A stretch of 64,000 bases of DNA, from the NCBI GenBank assembly GCA_964016885.1, contig OZ024745.1, positions 12,338,001 through 12,402,000 on the forward strand. Direction: 5' to 3'. The notes under the pieces are model-generated. The model saw only the letters and a list, made by a program, of their open reading frames with translations, was not told the DNA's origin and searched no databases. Of this stretch, positions 41,228 through 53,000 are shown piece by piece. Every line of letters begins with the position of its first letter. Position 1 is the stretch's first letter. Both the position numbers and the translations under genes were made by a program. This DNA is from Eledone cirrhosa (Eukaryota).

Positions 41228-42578
41228 ATTTATTAATGGATGATAGCAAATGGATGATATTAATGGATGATAGCAAATATGACCTCCTTTTAACTGCATT
41301 CAGTTGCTTGAATTGCATTGCACCACTATTTAATTAATATATAATTTAAACATTAAATTGATTGTTTTGTTGGTGCTCCGTGGATGAAGTGCCATCGTTG
41401 GATAAATGATAGACTAATTAATTTAGTAACATTGATGAGCTATATAACCTGTGTGCTGGGTGCAGTGAATGAAATGCAAATGGCATATGAGTTGTACATA
41501 TATGCAGGAATTGAAGCTCGGATCAGTGACATGATAAGTGTGGATTGACCTCTGGTCTACCCTAGTGATAGTTAACTTTTTACATCCAATGTGACATGCA
41601 CTGACCCAGAGCTTACCACGGATTATTGTAGATTGAAGTGATTCTATAATCACCCTGCCAGGTTCTATGAGTAGACTGCAATTGCAATGATCATTGATTT
41701 GGAAATCTGGCTCATCGTGTGAAATATTCAATCGTGGCACTCTATAATGGAGAATGATCACCCTAATATGAACACCAGTAATGCTTCTTGATAGACTACA
41801 TTATAGTTAAGACACTTTAAATCTTTAGAAACTGTATATAACCATACAAGATAGGGACTATTTTGAGACACCATTTAATATTTGGTCATAGAAATCACTG
41901 AGTTACCTCCCCTCACGCATTAACTCCCCTTAGTCACACACACACACTTCCGGATAATAATTCGATCCTGATTCTCGTAACTTAACGACCTGCTATATTG
42001 AGCTAAAGACCAACAAACTACGATACTCTAGCAGAATCGTCAAACGCCCAATATTGAATCGTCGTAGATTATGTGAGGGCCATATAATCTGGATATTATG
42101 TTCCCCGGACTGTGAAAATGGTGCTGTACATGGAATCCATATCATCGCTTTGCTACACATTTCCAATATTTAATATTTATAATATTTCTCCACGCATAGG
42201 CTTCTATAGCATTCGTATAAAGGATTCATTACCAGTTCAACCCCCTTAACACTCTTGTTCGCCCGTTTAAGTGCTTCTATCGCATGTAACACTCTGCCGC
42301 ACTATAGCATTATATAAACAAGACACACGTGCGTACCACACGTGTAACTATTGCACCCAATAACTGCTTATGACTATCCTATCGCATTAATTTCATGTTG
42401 TATTTTAACCTTAATTTTTGATTTTTCCTCTGTTGATATGAATGTAACCTTTAAATGTATACTGCCACACTAAACATTATAATGGTTGTCGACCTGCCGA
42501 GCAACAATGTTTGCATATGTATCTGTATGTCTCTTGGGTTGAAAAGGAGGTCATATTTGTGATCATCCATTAATAAAT

Positions 42579-42625
42579 TGCTCCGAAGAATCCAAACCTC
42601 GGTTTGGAGGAAACAATTGTAAGCA
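42579..42625 (+). ncRNA. Minimal type I hammerhead ribozyme motif (variant core)
   Basis: Stem I TGCT/AGCA, core CCGAAGA, 8-bp stem II TCCAAACC/GGTTTGGA, GAAA, palindromic stem III ACAATTGT, GUA site. Confidence 0.65.
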
Positions 42626-42670
42626 TATAAATGATTTGATCAGAACTTTGATTCTTATAACTTATATATA

Positions 42671-44012
42671 ACTGATCTGTAAAACATCTGATGTTAGTAC
42701 ATTGAGCTATTTAACTTACTGGTAATAAGGTAGTAATATATTACTGCCTATCACTATTTAGGGTTTGAAAAAATATATATAACTACAAAAGGTTTTTGTA
42801 TTTGCATAACCATAAATAGTATCCTTAATACTATTAACTGCTCCATACTGTTGAGCTGACATACAATAAATTACCAATATGCTAATCAAAGACCAACTCC
42901 CTATGTCAACCAAGAACATACCAATACAATCCAAGAACACATATGAGAAATTGTTGATCGACAGTGTAAATTCCTTTATCAATAGAGTGAGATGGAGGAC
43001 ATTCCATTATGATAAAAACAAATACTAACAAATGTGACTCCTTCGGCTTTAAAACTTTAGAAGCCCCCCTCATAACACACTACTAAACTCCTTTGAAAAC
43101 GACCTAATAAAACTAGTTAAGAACATTAAATACAGCAAGCACCGTAATAGAAACAACACCTTCTTAAACAAACTTAACACCTGTGTTAATGAATTCAAAA
43201 CTAGTAATAAAATTATTGTACATGCGGATAAAACTAATAACGTATACAGCCTAGATTATAATACTTATAGAAAGTTTATATATAATGAACTACATAAAAG
43301 CTACAAGAAAACTACTATGAAAAACTTAGAGGATATTAATTTAGAGGGATATAATATAGTGTCCAAACTAGGACTTCAGAGGCATACACAACCATATACC
43401 CCAAACCCCCCTAGATTCTCTCTGAAGGACCATAATGAGGACTTCATTAGCAACCCCTCAATTAGACTTATCTGCCCTTCCAAGTCTGACATTGGCATTA
43501 TCAGTAAGAAAATTTTAGATAAAATCATCCCACAGATTAAACACAAGATATACCTTAAACAATTGGAAATACGGGTGAAGTTATTGAATGGTTCAAAGAT
43601 ATTAAGAATAACAAGGACAAAAAATTTATTCAATTTGATATCAATTCATACTACACCTCTATTTCCCCTATCCTATTAAAAAAGGCACTAATCATGGCCA
43701 TGAACAATAGCAACCTGACTAGAACCCAGATTGATGTCATCCTTGCGGCCCGTAAAACACTAATCACCTTTGAAGACGAATTATGGACCCGGAAGGATAC
43801 GCACAACAACTTCGACATAACCATGGGGTCTAGTGACTCGGCGCAGGTCACTGCTCTGTAAAACATCTGATGTTAGTACATTGAGCTATTTAACTTACTG
43901 GTAATAAGGTAGTAATATATTACTGCCTATCACTATTTAGGGTTTGTAAAAATATATATAACTACAAAAGGTTTTTGTATTTGCATAACCATAAATAGTA
44001 TCCTTAATACTA
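42671..44012 (+). mobile_element. Penelope-like element RT fragment (Naiad-type motifs) between ~163-bp direct repeats
   Basis: Frameshifted RT with HADKTNNVY, FSLKDHNEDF..PSIRLICPSKSDIGIISKKILDKI, FIQFDINSYY and FDITMGSSDSAQVT. Direct repeats at 42671-42833 and 43850-44012. Confidence 0.85.
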
Positions 44013-44174
44013 CACACATATATACATATATATATACATACAAACATACATATATACATATATACATACATACATACATATATACATATATACATATATA
44101 TACATATATACATACAAACATACATACATATATACATTCATAGATACATACATATATATGTATACATACATACA

Positions 44175-44783
44175 TGGTGGCTGCCAACTCGTTTTCGAGT
44201 ACGGCCACTACTTTATATCCATGTAGGAGAACCCCTACCGATGCGCTGAACGAGTGTGACTTTTTAGTCCAGCCAGCGACTTGAAAACTCTGGTACAAAC
44301 ACTACACTTGTGACAATTATTGACACATAGTGCTGGGCCCATGGTACCATATAACGACAAGTGCAGAGAGATCTCCAGATATAAAGCAATGCCTATGCCG
44401 TGAAGCTTTTATAGTGAGCAAAGGCACTGCACAAAGCCAGTCCTACTCTCTTAACCAAAATGATATTTACCAAAAAGAAGAACACGTCAACATCATTGGA
44501 TACCATCAGGGTTGCAGGTGTTATATCAGAGTTTTCCTTCTCCTAGAATTCTGCCTTGACAAAGGCTAAGGGGTCATCTCTCCCGGTGATTTTGGATGGC
44601 CATTGACTCTTAAGAGGTCCTTTGCCTTTTGACAGGTTTTGTTTTTAGTCCTGCAGGATGTCCAAAGTCACCCTCCTCACCAAGAAACCTTGGTGGGGTT
44701 GCCAGTTTAGTCGCCAACGACCCGACCATGAGACAGGTTGTACTGGGATACATGTTACCAGTAGCATCAACTGGTGACCTGAC
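44175..44783 (-). mobile_element. Bipartite non-autonomous RTE derivative (5'UTR fused to 3' end)
   Basis: 44175-44351 matches the family-2 RTE 3' end (GTMGPAL... and 3'UTR). 44352-44783 is homologous to the RTE 5'UTR at 49.7-50.0 kb (CTAGGAGAAGG, ATGATGTTGA, GAGAGTRGGAYTGGCT, CTCACT.TAAAA, GGCATTGC). Flanked by CATA repeats on both sides. Confidence 0.8.
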
Positions 44784-44994
44784 ATACATACATACACGTA
44801 TACATACATACATACCCGCATACATACATACATAAATACATACATACATACATACATACATACATACATACATACATACATACATACATAAATACATACA
44901 TACATACATACACGCATACAGACATACACACATACATACATACATACATACATACATACATACATACATACATACATACATACATACATACATA
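44783..44994. repeat. (CATA)n microsatellite
   Basis: About 210 bp of mostly pure CATA. Confidence 0.98.
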
Positions 44995-45693
44995 CGAGGT
45001 GAGTCAGAAAAGTTCCAGGACTGATGTCACAAAAGATTTATTTCAAACCCAAACTTCACACTAAGAGTTTTCTCCTTCAAAGTAATCCCCCTGGAGTATG
45101 TAACTGTAATCTTAGCTTTATGCAGCGATCAAACTTTTTTCTACATAATTTTATATACATGTCCTCTATTTCAGGTCGTCAAGCAATGAGCACATAGCAA
45201 CGAACAAACTTGAACTTTCTGGTACAGTCGGGGAAAACTCCGTCAGAAGCACTGGGATTGCTGCAGCAAGTGTATGGAGATGAGACGATGTCACGTTCGC
45301 GTGTTTTTGAGTGATGCAAGAGCTTTAAAGAAGAACGCGAGGACGTGGAAGATGACCCCAGGAGCGGAAGGCCTTCAACAACCAGGACTGAGGTCAACGT
45401 TGAGCGCGTCAGGCAGTTGGTGCGTAGCGATCGTCGGCTGACTGTTCGACTGATGGCAAATGAGCTGGGCATGAATCGGAACAGCGTCTGGAAGATTCTC
45501 ACTGAAGATTTGGACATGCGGAAAGTCTGCGCGAAGATGGTGCCAAAACTGCTGAACGATGACCAGAAGGGTCGACGCATGCAATTGTGCCAGGACATCC
45601 TCGAGCGTCTTGAAACCGAACCAGACTTGCTAGGGACAGTCATGGATCTTCGAGTACAATCCGGAGGGGACTCGTTTTGAAGACGTCGACGAC
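44995..45693 (+). mobile_element. Mariner (Tc1/mariner) relic: left end and N-terminal transposase, internally deleted
   Basis: TA + CGAGGTGAGTCAGAAAAGTTCC left end. ATG at 45186 with in-frame stops, then VYGDETMSRSRVFE, VEDDPRSGRPST, KVCAKMVPKLL (WVPHEL-equivalent), WIFEYNPE, then a jump to GTRFEDVDD. Confidence 0.9.
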
Positions 45694-46933
45694 AGTTCAA
45701 GACACAGTGGAATACTCTTCCTGAATTTCTGGCATTATTGCTGCTACATACTCAGACATTTGAGACTGAAACTAAATAAAGACACCCCACTGATTAGTAA
45801 AGGCTCAATTTCAAACGTACTGTAACAACTATTCCCTAGTTACTCTGTCATCTCACTTTACCTAGTCTACAGTTATTCCAATGGCTTCTGTTCCCTCGGA
45901 ACCAGCTACTTACGTAACCCTCCACCCAGCCCATTCACGGTCACCCATGGTGTGTTATCCGACGCTATCTACTAAATCGAATCTCTCCTCTTTAGAATAT
46001 GCCTCTGAAATTCCCTTCCAATCCATGTTTGCCCTCACACACTCCTATGCATGGGTTGACTTACAGTTCTTCAACCTATATTAATTTGTCTAGTCTCGGA
46101 GAACATGTGCAACTCTTTTCTCCTGAAATTATGATCAAAATCAAGTGAATTATTTGGAAATATTTATTGATTTCTAGCCATTGTGCGTATATTATCAATG
46201 GAAGTGAAAAAATAATCGTATATCTTTTAATCGATTCTTCTATGACATTGAAATGGCTGCCAAACGTAATATCCATAAACACTGAACAGAGAAACAAATA
46301 ACAGGAAAAAACATTTGAATAAGTTGAATCGTACCGTTGAGTTGATGATAACCATTAAAACTAACACTCAAAGATCAATTATAAACCTAGAGTTTCATGT
46401 TCTTTTCAACAGGAGTTATGAGATATAAAAATATCACGTAATTCTTAATCTACTTTAAATCAGTTTTATTCAACTAACATAAATCAGTTTTATACAAAAC
46501 AAGTACATTTTATTACTCGTGTTGAGAGAGAATATATATTCTTCACCAATTTATACTATATCAACAGTTTAGTCTTTGTGTAGATTTTTTGCGTGTTTTT
46601 CAGCAAGAGTTACCGAACTTAATACACTTCGGAACAATTAATCGACTTAAGCAACAAACGCAGTATAGTATTTTTCTATTATAAAACTGATTTACATTAG
46701 CTTATTGTCTTTTTAGCAGATTAAGGGCTCCTAACTATATGTGTTCCCCCTAAACTCTGCTAATTATTTATAAATGTAAATCACAATAATTATCAATACT
46801 TTACCAAAATCGTTAAAAAATAGAAATGGCTGACTGAATACATACATGCTTTTTCTCCCCAAAAATATTTTTCCGTTTTATCCTCTTCTCACTCTCCTCT
46901 CCTTTTCTATTTCTCCTTTTATTTCTTATTCTA

Positions 46934-46969
46934 TCTTCTAATGAAGGACTAGTGTCCGAAACGTTAAGA
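46934..46969 (+). ncRNA. Minimal hammerhead motif, core mutated
   Basis: TCTT-CTAATGA-A-GGAC-tagt-GTCC-GAAACGTT-AAGA. CTAATGA departs from CTGATGA by one base. Confidence 0.55.
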
Positions 46970-47109
46970 CACTTTTCGTACTGTATCAATCGTTAAACCT
47001 ATATATATCTTCATTATACTACATTGTTTGCTTCGTTGTTTTCGTTCATATATATATATATATAGTGACGAAACATAAGTCAATTGCATGAACTCATAAT
47101 CCTTTATTT

Positions 47110-47165
47110 ACTGCTATATATATTTCGATGATAGCCATTGACTGGATATGACCTCATCAGGCAGT
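47110..47165 (-). ncRNA. Minimal hammerhead motif followed by AATAAA (Penelope-like 3' end)
   Basis: Minus strand: ACTGC-CTGATGA-GGTCATATCCAgtcaaTGGCTATCATC-GAAA-TATATATA-GCAGT-AAATAAA. Stem II is imperfect. Confidence 0.65.
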
Positions 47166-47471
47166 TAGTCAGTTCTTAGATATGCCAGCTCTGTGTTTAT
47201 AGTGTAGATGGTATCAGAGCCTTGGGACATATGAGCTTGATAGGAATAATTTAATGTTGTCAACAGGAATAATTTTAATTCTCATTGGTCAGTTTGTAGA
47301 TGCTAGTAGGGTTGGTATTTGACCTCAAAGAGGCAGGTGGTGTTGTAAAGTTCAAACCGTCAGGCAAGATGACAATAGTTCCATATGACTGATTTTCACA
47401 AAAAGCATTCCTGGTCAGATATATATTCAATTGAGGTTAATAGTATGAAATAGATACTACAGGTCATTCTT

Positions 47472-47772
47472 AAATTGAGGAATTTATGTGGAGTGGTGCT
47501 ATTGAAAATTATGGTTAGAGTAGAATACTAGAAAATTTACATATAAAAAGACTTATGTTGGTTGACTTGCACATACACTCACACCCACCCCCACAGACAC
47601 ACACACACACATCCACACATACAAATTGAGGAATTTATGTGGGGTGGTAATACTGAAAATTATGGTTAGAGTCAAATACTTAGAAAGTTTACAAATAAAA
47701 AGACTTACGTTGGTTGACTTATACATACACTCACACCTACCACCACAGACACACACACACACCTACACACAC
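47472..47772. repeat. Diverged tandem duplication, ~150-bp unit x2
   Basis: AAATTGAGGAATTTATGTGG...GAAAATTATGGTTAGAGT...AAAAGACTTA.GTTGGTTGACTT...CACAGACACACAC starts at ~47472 and again at ~47622. Confidence 0.85.
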
Positions 47773-48489
47773 AAATCCATACAGGTGAGTATATATATGT
47801 ATGTACGCACAAGTGCATACATATATACAACAGAGACCCCCGAATCCAAGTATAAGGCAGACATAAAACGAGGTGGGTGCTATTTTTAAAGAAAAGTAAA
47901 GTGGGTGTTTGGAAAAGTTATTGTTTAGACTAGACCAAAGTAGAGTGTGATATATATCTTCACAGCAATAGCTTGAGGGCTTTGGTGCATAGCCGAATCC
48001 CTTAGTACAGACATATATACCCACCCACACTTTTATACCTCTGGATGGATGCGTGTGTATGTCTATATACACATGTGCAATCATACAATAGAGCATATAC
48101 AAATATACTCTTAAGCATACACTCGCATATTTTTCAAATGCAGCCTGGGGTATTAGTATTTCGTTGCGTTCACATAAGTGTGTACATTCACGTAATCCCA
48201 GTATACACACACAACGCACGGCTGCGGGCACTCATTCATGCGTATAGGGTTAATACCTTAGGATAATTGTTCTTCCTGTGTGGGCCACTCCCGGAGAGGG
48301 GGGGGGGGTTCCTCAGGTTCAGTAAACGTGGTTTTGCTGACTCCTAACGAGTAGAGGATCCGGTGGACAATCCACCGTAGGGACTACAAACTATGGGTGG
48401 GTGTTGTTGCCCATTGGTCATTGGTACGGGGTGTAGGGGACCTACAGGGGGAGAGCGTTGTGGGAGGCCATAACCGGGGTTTATCCATA

Positions 48490-48822
48490 TAGCTTGAGGA
48501 AAGTTCCCGTCCTTAGGTGTCTGCAGGCGCCGAATAAGTCGGCCCTTCTGTTTAATAGCTTGGTTCCGCCATGAAGTATCTCGAGTGTCTCACTAAGACA
48601 GAGGTTGCAAATACCAGACCCACCTCTGTCTGGGGGAACCTTTCTAACCACGGAGCAGAGACCAGAGAGTGCGGGGTCTTTTCAAGTTTGAGCTTCCAGA
48701 TCAATTCAGAAAGGGCCGTACATTTCCTCTTTTCTATTCTGTTAAAGGAATGGCGATGGTTATACCACCTACCTTTGAAGCTCGTCGCCGTGGATCCTAT
48801 GTAGTGGTGCTCCGAGTCTACT
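48490..48822 (-). mobile_element. Penelope-like GIY-YIG endonuclease C-terminal fragment
   Basis: HYIGSTATSFKGRWYNHRHSF...TALSELIWKLK, then after a frameshift GICNLCLSETLEI and LNRRADLFGACRH, the typical end of a Naiad-type PLE ORF. Confidence 0.85.
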
Positions 48823-48870
48823 TTTGAAAAGCAGAAGAACTGCGAAACACCGGTAAAGGAACCAAATAAA
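48821..48870 (+). ncRNA. Degenerate hammerhead half, inverted relative to the GIY-YIG fragment
   Basis: GCAG-aagaa-CTGC-GAAA-CACCGGT-A-AAGG then AATAAA. The CTGANGA box is decayed (TTGAAAA). Confidence 0.4.
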
Positions 48871-48985
48871 TATATATTTTTATTTAAAAAAACTCCAGTT
48901 GCCTTTTCGATTTCATCTTTTTTCCTTATACTTTCACTCGTGTAGGACACCTCGGTTTTTTTTCATTTTGTAAAAAAAACCTCAC

Positions 48986-49087
<102 letters not shown>

Positions 49088-49289
49088 CAGAAATAGCCGT
49101 CGAAACGGCTTGAGCTCTGCCGTCGGGGTCATACTTTTTCCTCTATATATATATATATATATACGGGCAGGCAATTCAAGAACACACGCCTTGTCCGTTC
49201 CCTTGTCGTATCTGTTTGGATTGCCTTGGGAACGTAACCTTATTATATAAGAAGCTGTCCGATGATGTCACGACACTGGGTACACGGAA

Positions 49290-49291
<2 letters not shown>

Positions 49292-49369
<78 letters not shown>
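49292..49369. repeat. (GT)n microsatellite
   Basis: Pure TG run. Confidence 0.98.
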
Positions 49370-49371
<2 letters not shown>

Positions 49372-49480
49372 CTGTAGAGCAAATATTCATTATTAATGCA
49401 GATTAAGAGTTTCGGCAAACAATCTCTGCTTTCACCCGTTGTCGAAGATCCCCCAAAAGAGTAAAACTTTTCATCTGTAC

Positions 49481-49635
49481 TAATAATGATTTCGACACAA
49501 GACCAGTAATGAGTGGGCGGCAGTCGTTCACATCGACCCCAGTATTTGACTGGTACTTTATTTCAGCGGCCTCAAGAGGATGAAAAGTAAAGTTGGCCTC
49601 GACAGCATTTGAACTCAGAATATAGAGACCCAGAC
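49481..49635 (+). mobile_element. SINE-like repeat fragment
   Basis: CATCGACCCCAGTATTTGACTGGTACTTTATTT...AGGATGAAAAGTAAAGTTGGCCTCGACAGCATTTGAACTCAGAA. Shares its core with 35779-35852. Confidence 0.55.
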
Positions 49636-49639
49636 CAAC

Positions 49640-49700
49640 TGTATGTATGTATGTATGTATGTATGTATGTATGTATGTATGTATGTATGTATGTATGTAT
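49640..49700. repeat. (TATG)n microsatellite immediately 5' of the RTE
   Basis: Pure TATG run. Confidence 0.98.
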
Positions 49701-50010
49701 TTTTTGCGCGGGGACATAGAAATAATCGGGCTGGATGCCCGATCGCGCAGTTAAACCACTGGGAGTGAAGAACCCCTAGCCCTTGTCAGGGCATTCTTCT
49801 AGGAGAAGGCATCTTAGGAAACTGGGTTAACTCCGACATAAAACCTGCGGCCCAGTAGTTACCGATGATGTTGATCTTTTCTTCTTTTCGGGTTATAGCT
49901 ACTGTCGCTCAGAGAGTGGGATTGGCTCAGTGCACAGTCTTTCCTCACTTTAAAAATATTCGTCACGCACAGGCATTGCACGAGTGCATTAATAATTATT
50001 AATAGTGTAC

Positions 50011-50046
<36 letters not shown>

Positions 50047-53000
50047 TATTATTACTTTTTTTTTTTTTTTTTTTTTTTCAATTCAATGATGTTCCAGAAC
50101 AATATAAAAGAGATAATTGGCAATTTAGGTTCTGGAACAAAAAAGATCATTGGCAATAAGGGCAGGGGCCCCAGGTTATCACAGCCTGGGCCCGCTCGTC
50201 ATCGTGCCATTGTAATAGAGCCAAACAAGGCATTTAGTCTTGGCTGCTGGAACGTACGGACGCTGCTTGACAGGGATTCCTTGGAGCGTCCTGAACGAAG
50301 GACCGCTCTTGTTGCAAAGGAGCTTCGACGTTACGATCTTGACATCGTGGCTTTATCTGAGACGAGGTTAGCTGGAGATGGTCATCTTACGGAATTTTGT
50401 GGAGAATATACATTCTTCTGGAAAGGAAGAGATGAAGGAACCAGAAGAGAGGCTGGGGTAGGATTTGCTGTTAAGACTGTACTTGTGAACAAATTAGAAG
50501 AATTCCCAGTAGGGATTAGTGAGCGTCTTATGTCCATGAGAGTTCCGCTGGACAAGGGAAGATATGCGACCCTGGTGAGTGTGTATGCTCCAACTATGAG
50601 TTCTCTCGATGAGGAAAAGGTGTCCTTGAAAGGTGTTTTAAGAAATATCCCTCAGGCAGACAAAGTCATCGTGCTTGGTGACTTTAATGCTAGAGTGGGT
50701 AGGGATTTTAACACATGGAATGTAATCGGAAGGTATGGGGTGGGAAAGTGTAACAGCAATGGTATGTTCCTGCTGCAGATGTGTGAGGAGCTGGATCTGT
50801 GTGTTACCAACACCATGTTCCAACAAAAGAACAAATTCAAGACCACATGGATGCATCCTGCATCTAAGGAATGGCATCTTTTGGACTACGTCCTAGTCAG
50901 GATGCGTGACAGACAGGATGTGCAGTGTGTTCGTGTTCTTCGTGGAGCTGAGTGCTGGACGGACCACGGCCTGGTACGCGCAAAAGTGAAACTAATCACT
51001 AAACGTAAAATCCGGGCTCCTGGTGTTGCCCTGCCCAAAAGATTGAATGCTGCTCGTCTTAAGGATAAAAATGTGAAGAGGACATTGGAAGAAGAGATGC
51101 AGGCTGCAGATCTTTGTGAGGATTGGCCGACCCTTAAAAAGTCGGTTTATGATGTAGGCAGGCGTGTTCTGGGATTGGCGCAGAGGAAACATCAGGACTG
51201 GTTTAATGAGAATGATGTACATATAGAAGACTTGTTGGCTGATAAGAGGCGTGCTCTGTCACGCTACTTGACGGCAAAACCACAGGAGAGGAATACGTTG
51301 CATGAGGAACTCAGGGATGTAAAATCACGTGTTAGGCGGAGTCTTTCTCAGATGAAGGATCAGTGGTGGAGTGAGAAGGCTGGCGAGATACAAACTGCGT
51401 CTGATTCCAATAACACAAAGCTGTTGTACAGTCTCTTGCGTGAGGTTTATGGACCGTCTTCTTCTCTGGTGACACCGCTTCGCAGCAAGGATGGCAAAGA
51501 ACTTCTTCGTGACTCACAAGGAATTCTACGAAGGTGGCGAGAGCACTTTGATGATCTTTTGAACCAGCCGTCTGTCATCAATGAAGATTTCCTCAATCTC
51601 ATTCCAGAAAGTCCTGTGAAAGTAGCTCTCGCAGAACCTCCGACGCTTGTGGAGGTTACAGTGGCTATCTCGAAGTTGAACAGTGGAAGGTCTCCAGTTA
51701 TGGATGGCACATGCTGAGCTCCTACAATATGGTGGTGAGAGATCCCTGCAACATCTTCACTCTTTGTTTGGAAGGATATGGGCTAGTGAATCCGTACCTG
51801 AGGACTGGAGAGATGAAGTAGTGGTGGTCTTGTACAAGTGAAAGGGTAACAAGAATGATTGTGGAAACTACGGAGGTATAACCTTGCTTTCTGTCGTAGG
51901 ATAATGTTTATGTAGGGTGCTTCTGGACCGTCTGCTGACACACATTGCAGATTGTGTTCTTCCTGAAAGTCAATCTGGTTTTCGTGCTGGACGCGGCACT
52001 ACTGATATGATCTTCTCAGCTAGACAGCTCCAGGAGAAGTGCATGGAACAAGGCTTGGATCTGTATCAGGTTTTTGTCGATCTGACAAAAGCTTTCGATA
52101 CTGTTAACAGAGATGCATTATGGAAGGTTCTCCAGAAACTTGCTTGCCCTGATAAGTTCCTTGCTTTAGTTAGGTCTTTCCATGACGACATGAAGGCTTG
52201 GGTTAATGTCGGGGGTAACATGTCGGAGCCTATCTCAGTAAAAAATGGAGTGAAACAGGGGGATATTCCAGCACCGACCCTGTTTGCCATATACTTTGCA
52301 ATGGTTTTCTGTATTGCATTCAGGAATTGTGAGCATGGTGTTTACATCCGATATCGAACCTCAGGCAGCATATTTAACATCAGGCGCTTTGCTGCGAAGA
52401 CAAAAGTATTTACATCAATCATAAGAGACCTCTTGTATGCAGATGATTGCGATCTTGTAGCGCACACAGGGAGTGATATGCAGCACATTTTGAATGCATG
52501 TTCTGACGCTTGCACTGCCCTAGGTCTGACTGTCAGTCTCAAGAAAACCATCGTCATGTACCAACCTGCCCCTGGTAAGCAGTACACTGAACCAAACATC
52601 TATGTGTATGGCAAACGACTTGGAGTGGTTGATCAGTTTGTCTACCTGGGAAGCACTGTCAATCGATACAGCAACCTTGACAGTGAAATCTCACTTAGGA
52701 TTAGGAAAGCAAGTGATGCTTTCGGAAAGCTAGAAAGACGACTCTGGGGTCGACGAGACATATGCAGGAGGACAAAGGTAAAGGTGTACAGGGCATGTGT
52801 GCTCTCTTCTCTTCTTTATGCCTGCGAGACCTGGGTCACATATCGACACCACCTTAAGCAATTGGAGCGTTTCCATCAGATGTGTCTCAGACGGATCCAT
52901 GGCGTTCACTGGAGGGACCACATCAGTGATGTCGAGATTTTGGAAAGCTCTATGTGTGACAGTATAGAAGCTCTTGTGCTTAATCAACGACTCCGTTGGA

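Larger units (their letters stand above)
41136..42670. mobile_element. Segment bounded by ~130-160-bp inverted repeats carrying hammerheads (Penelope-like pLTR inversion)
   Basis: 41136-41294 is the reverse complement of 42538-42670 (the left copy has a short internal duplication). Each arm contains a hammerhead motif. The interior has no recognisable ORF. Confidence 0.65.

Noticed and set aside
42686-42730. Hammerhead in the Penelope-like direct repeat (CTGATGT...)
   Set aside because: The core boxes do not match (CTGATGT, no GAAA); better explained as a small hairpin AACATC-T-GATGTT.
44640-44783. HDV-like or twister ribozyme at the RTE 5' end
   Set aside because: Such ribozymes are known in RTE 5'UTRs and partial stems are visible, but I could not assemble a complete fold by eye; it needs an RNAmotif or Infernal search.
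45700-46900. Apparently unique AT-rich segment as a possible host exon region
   Set aside because: No ORF with recognisable motifs and no convincing splice-bounded exon; left unannotated.
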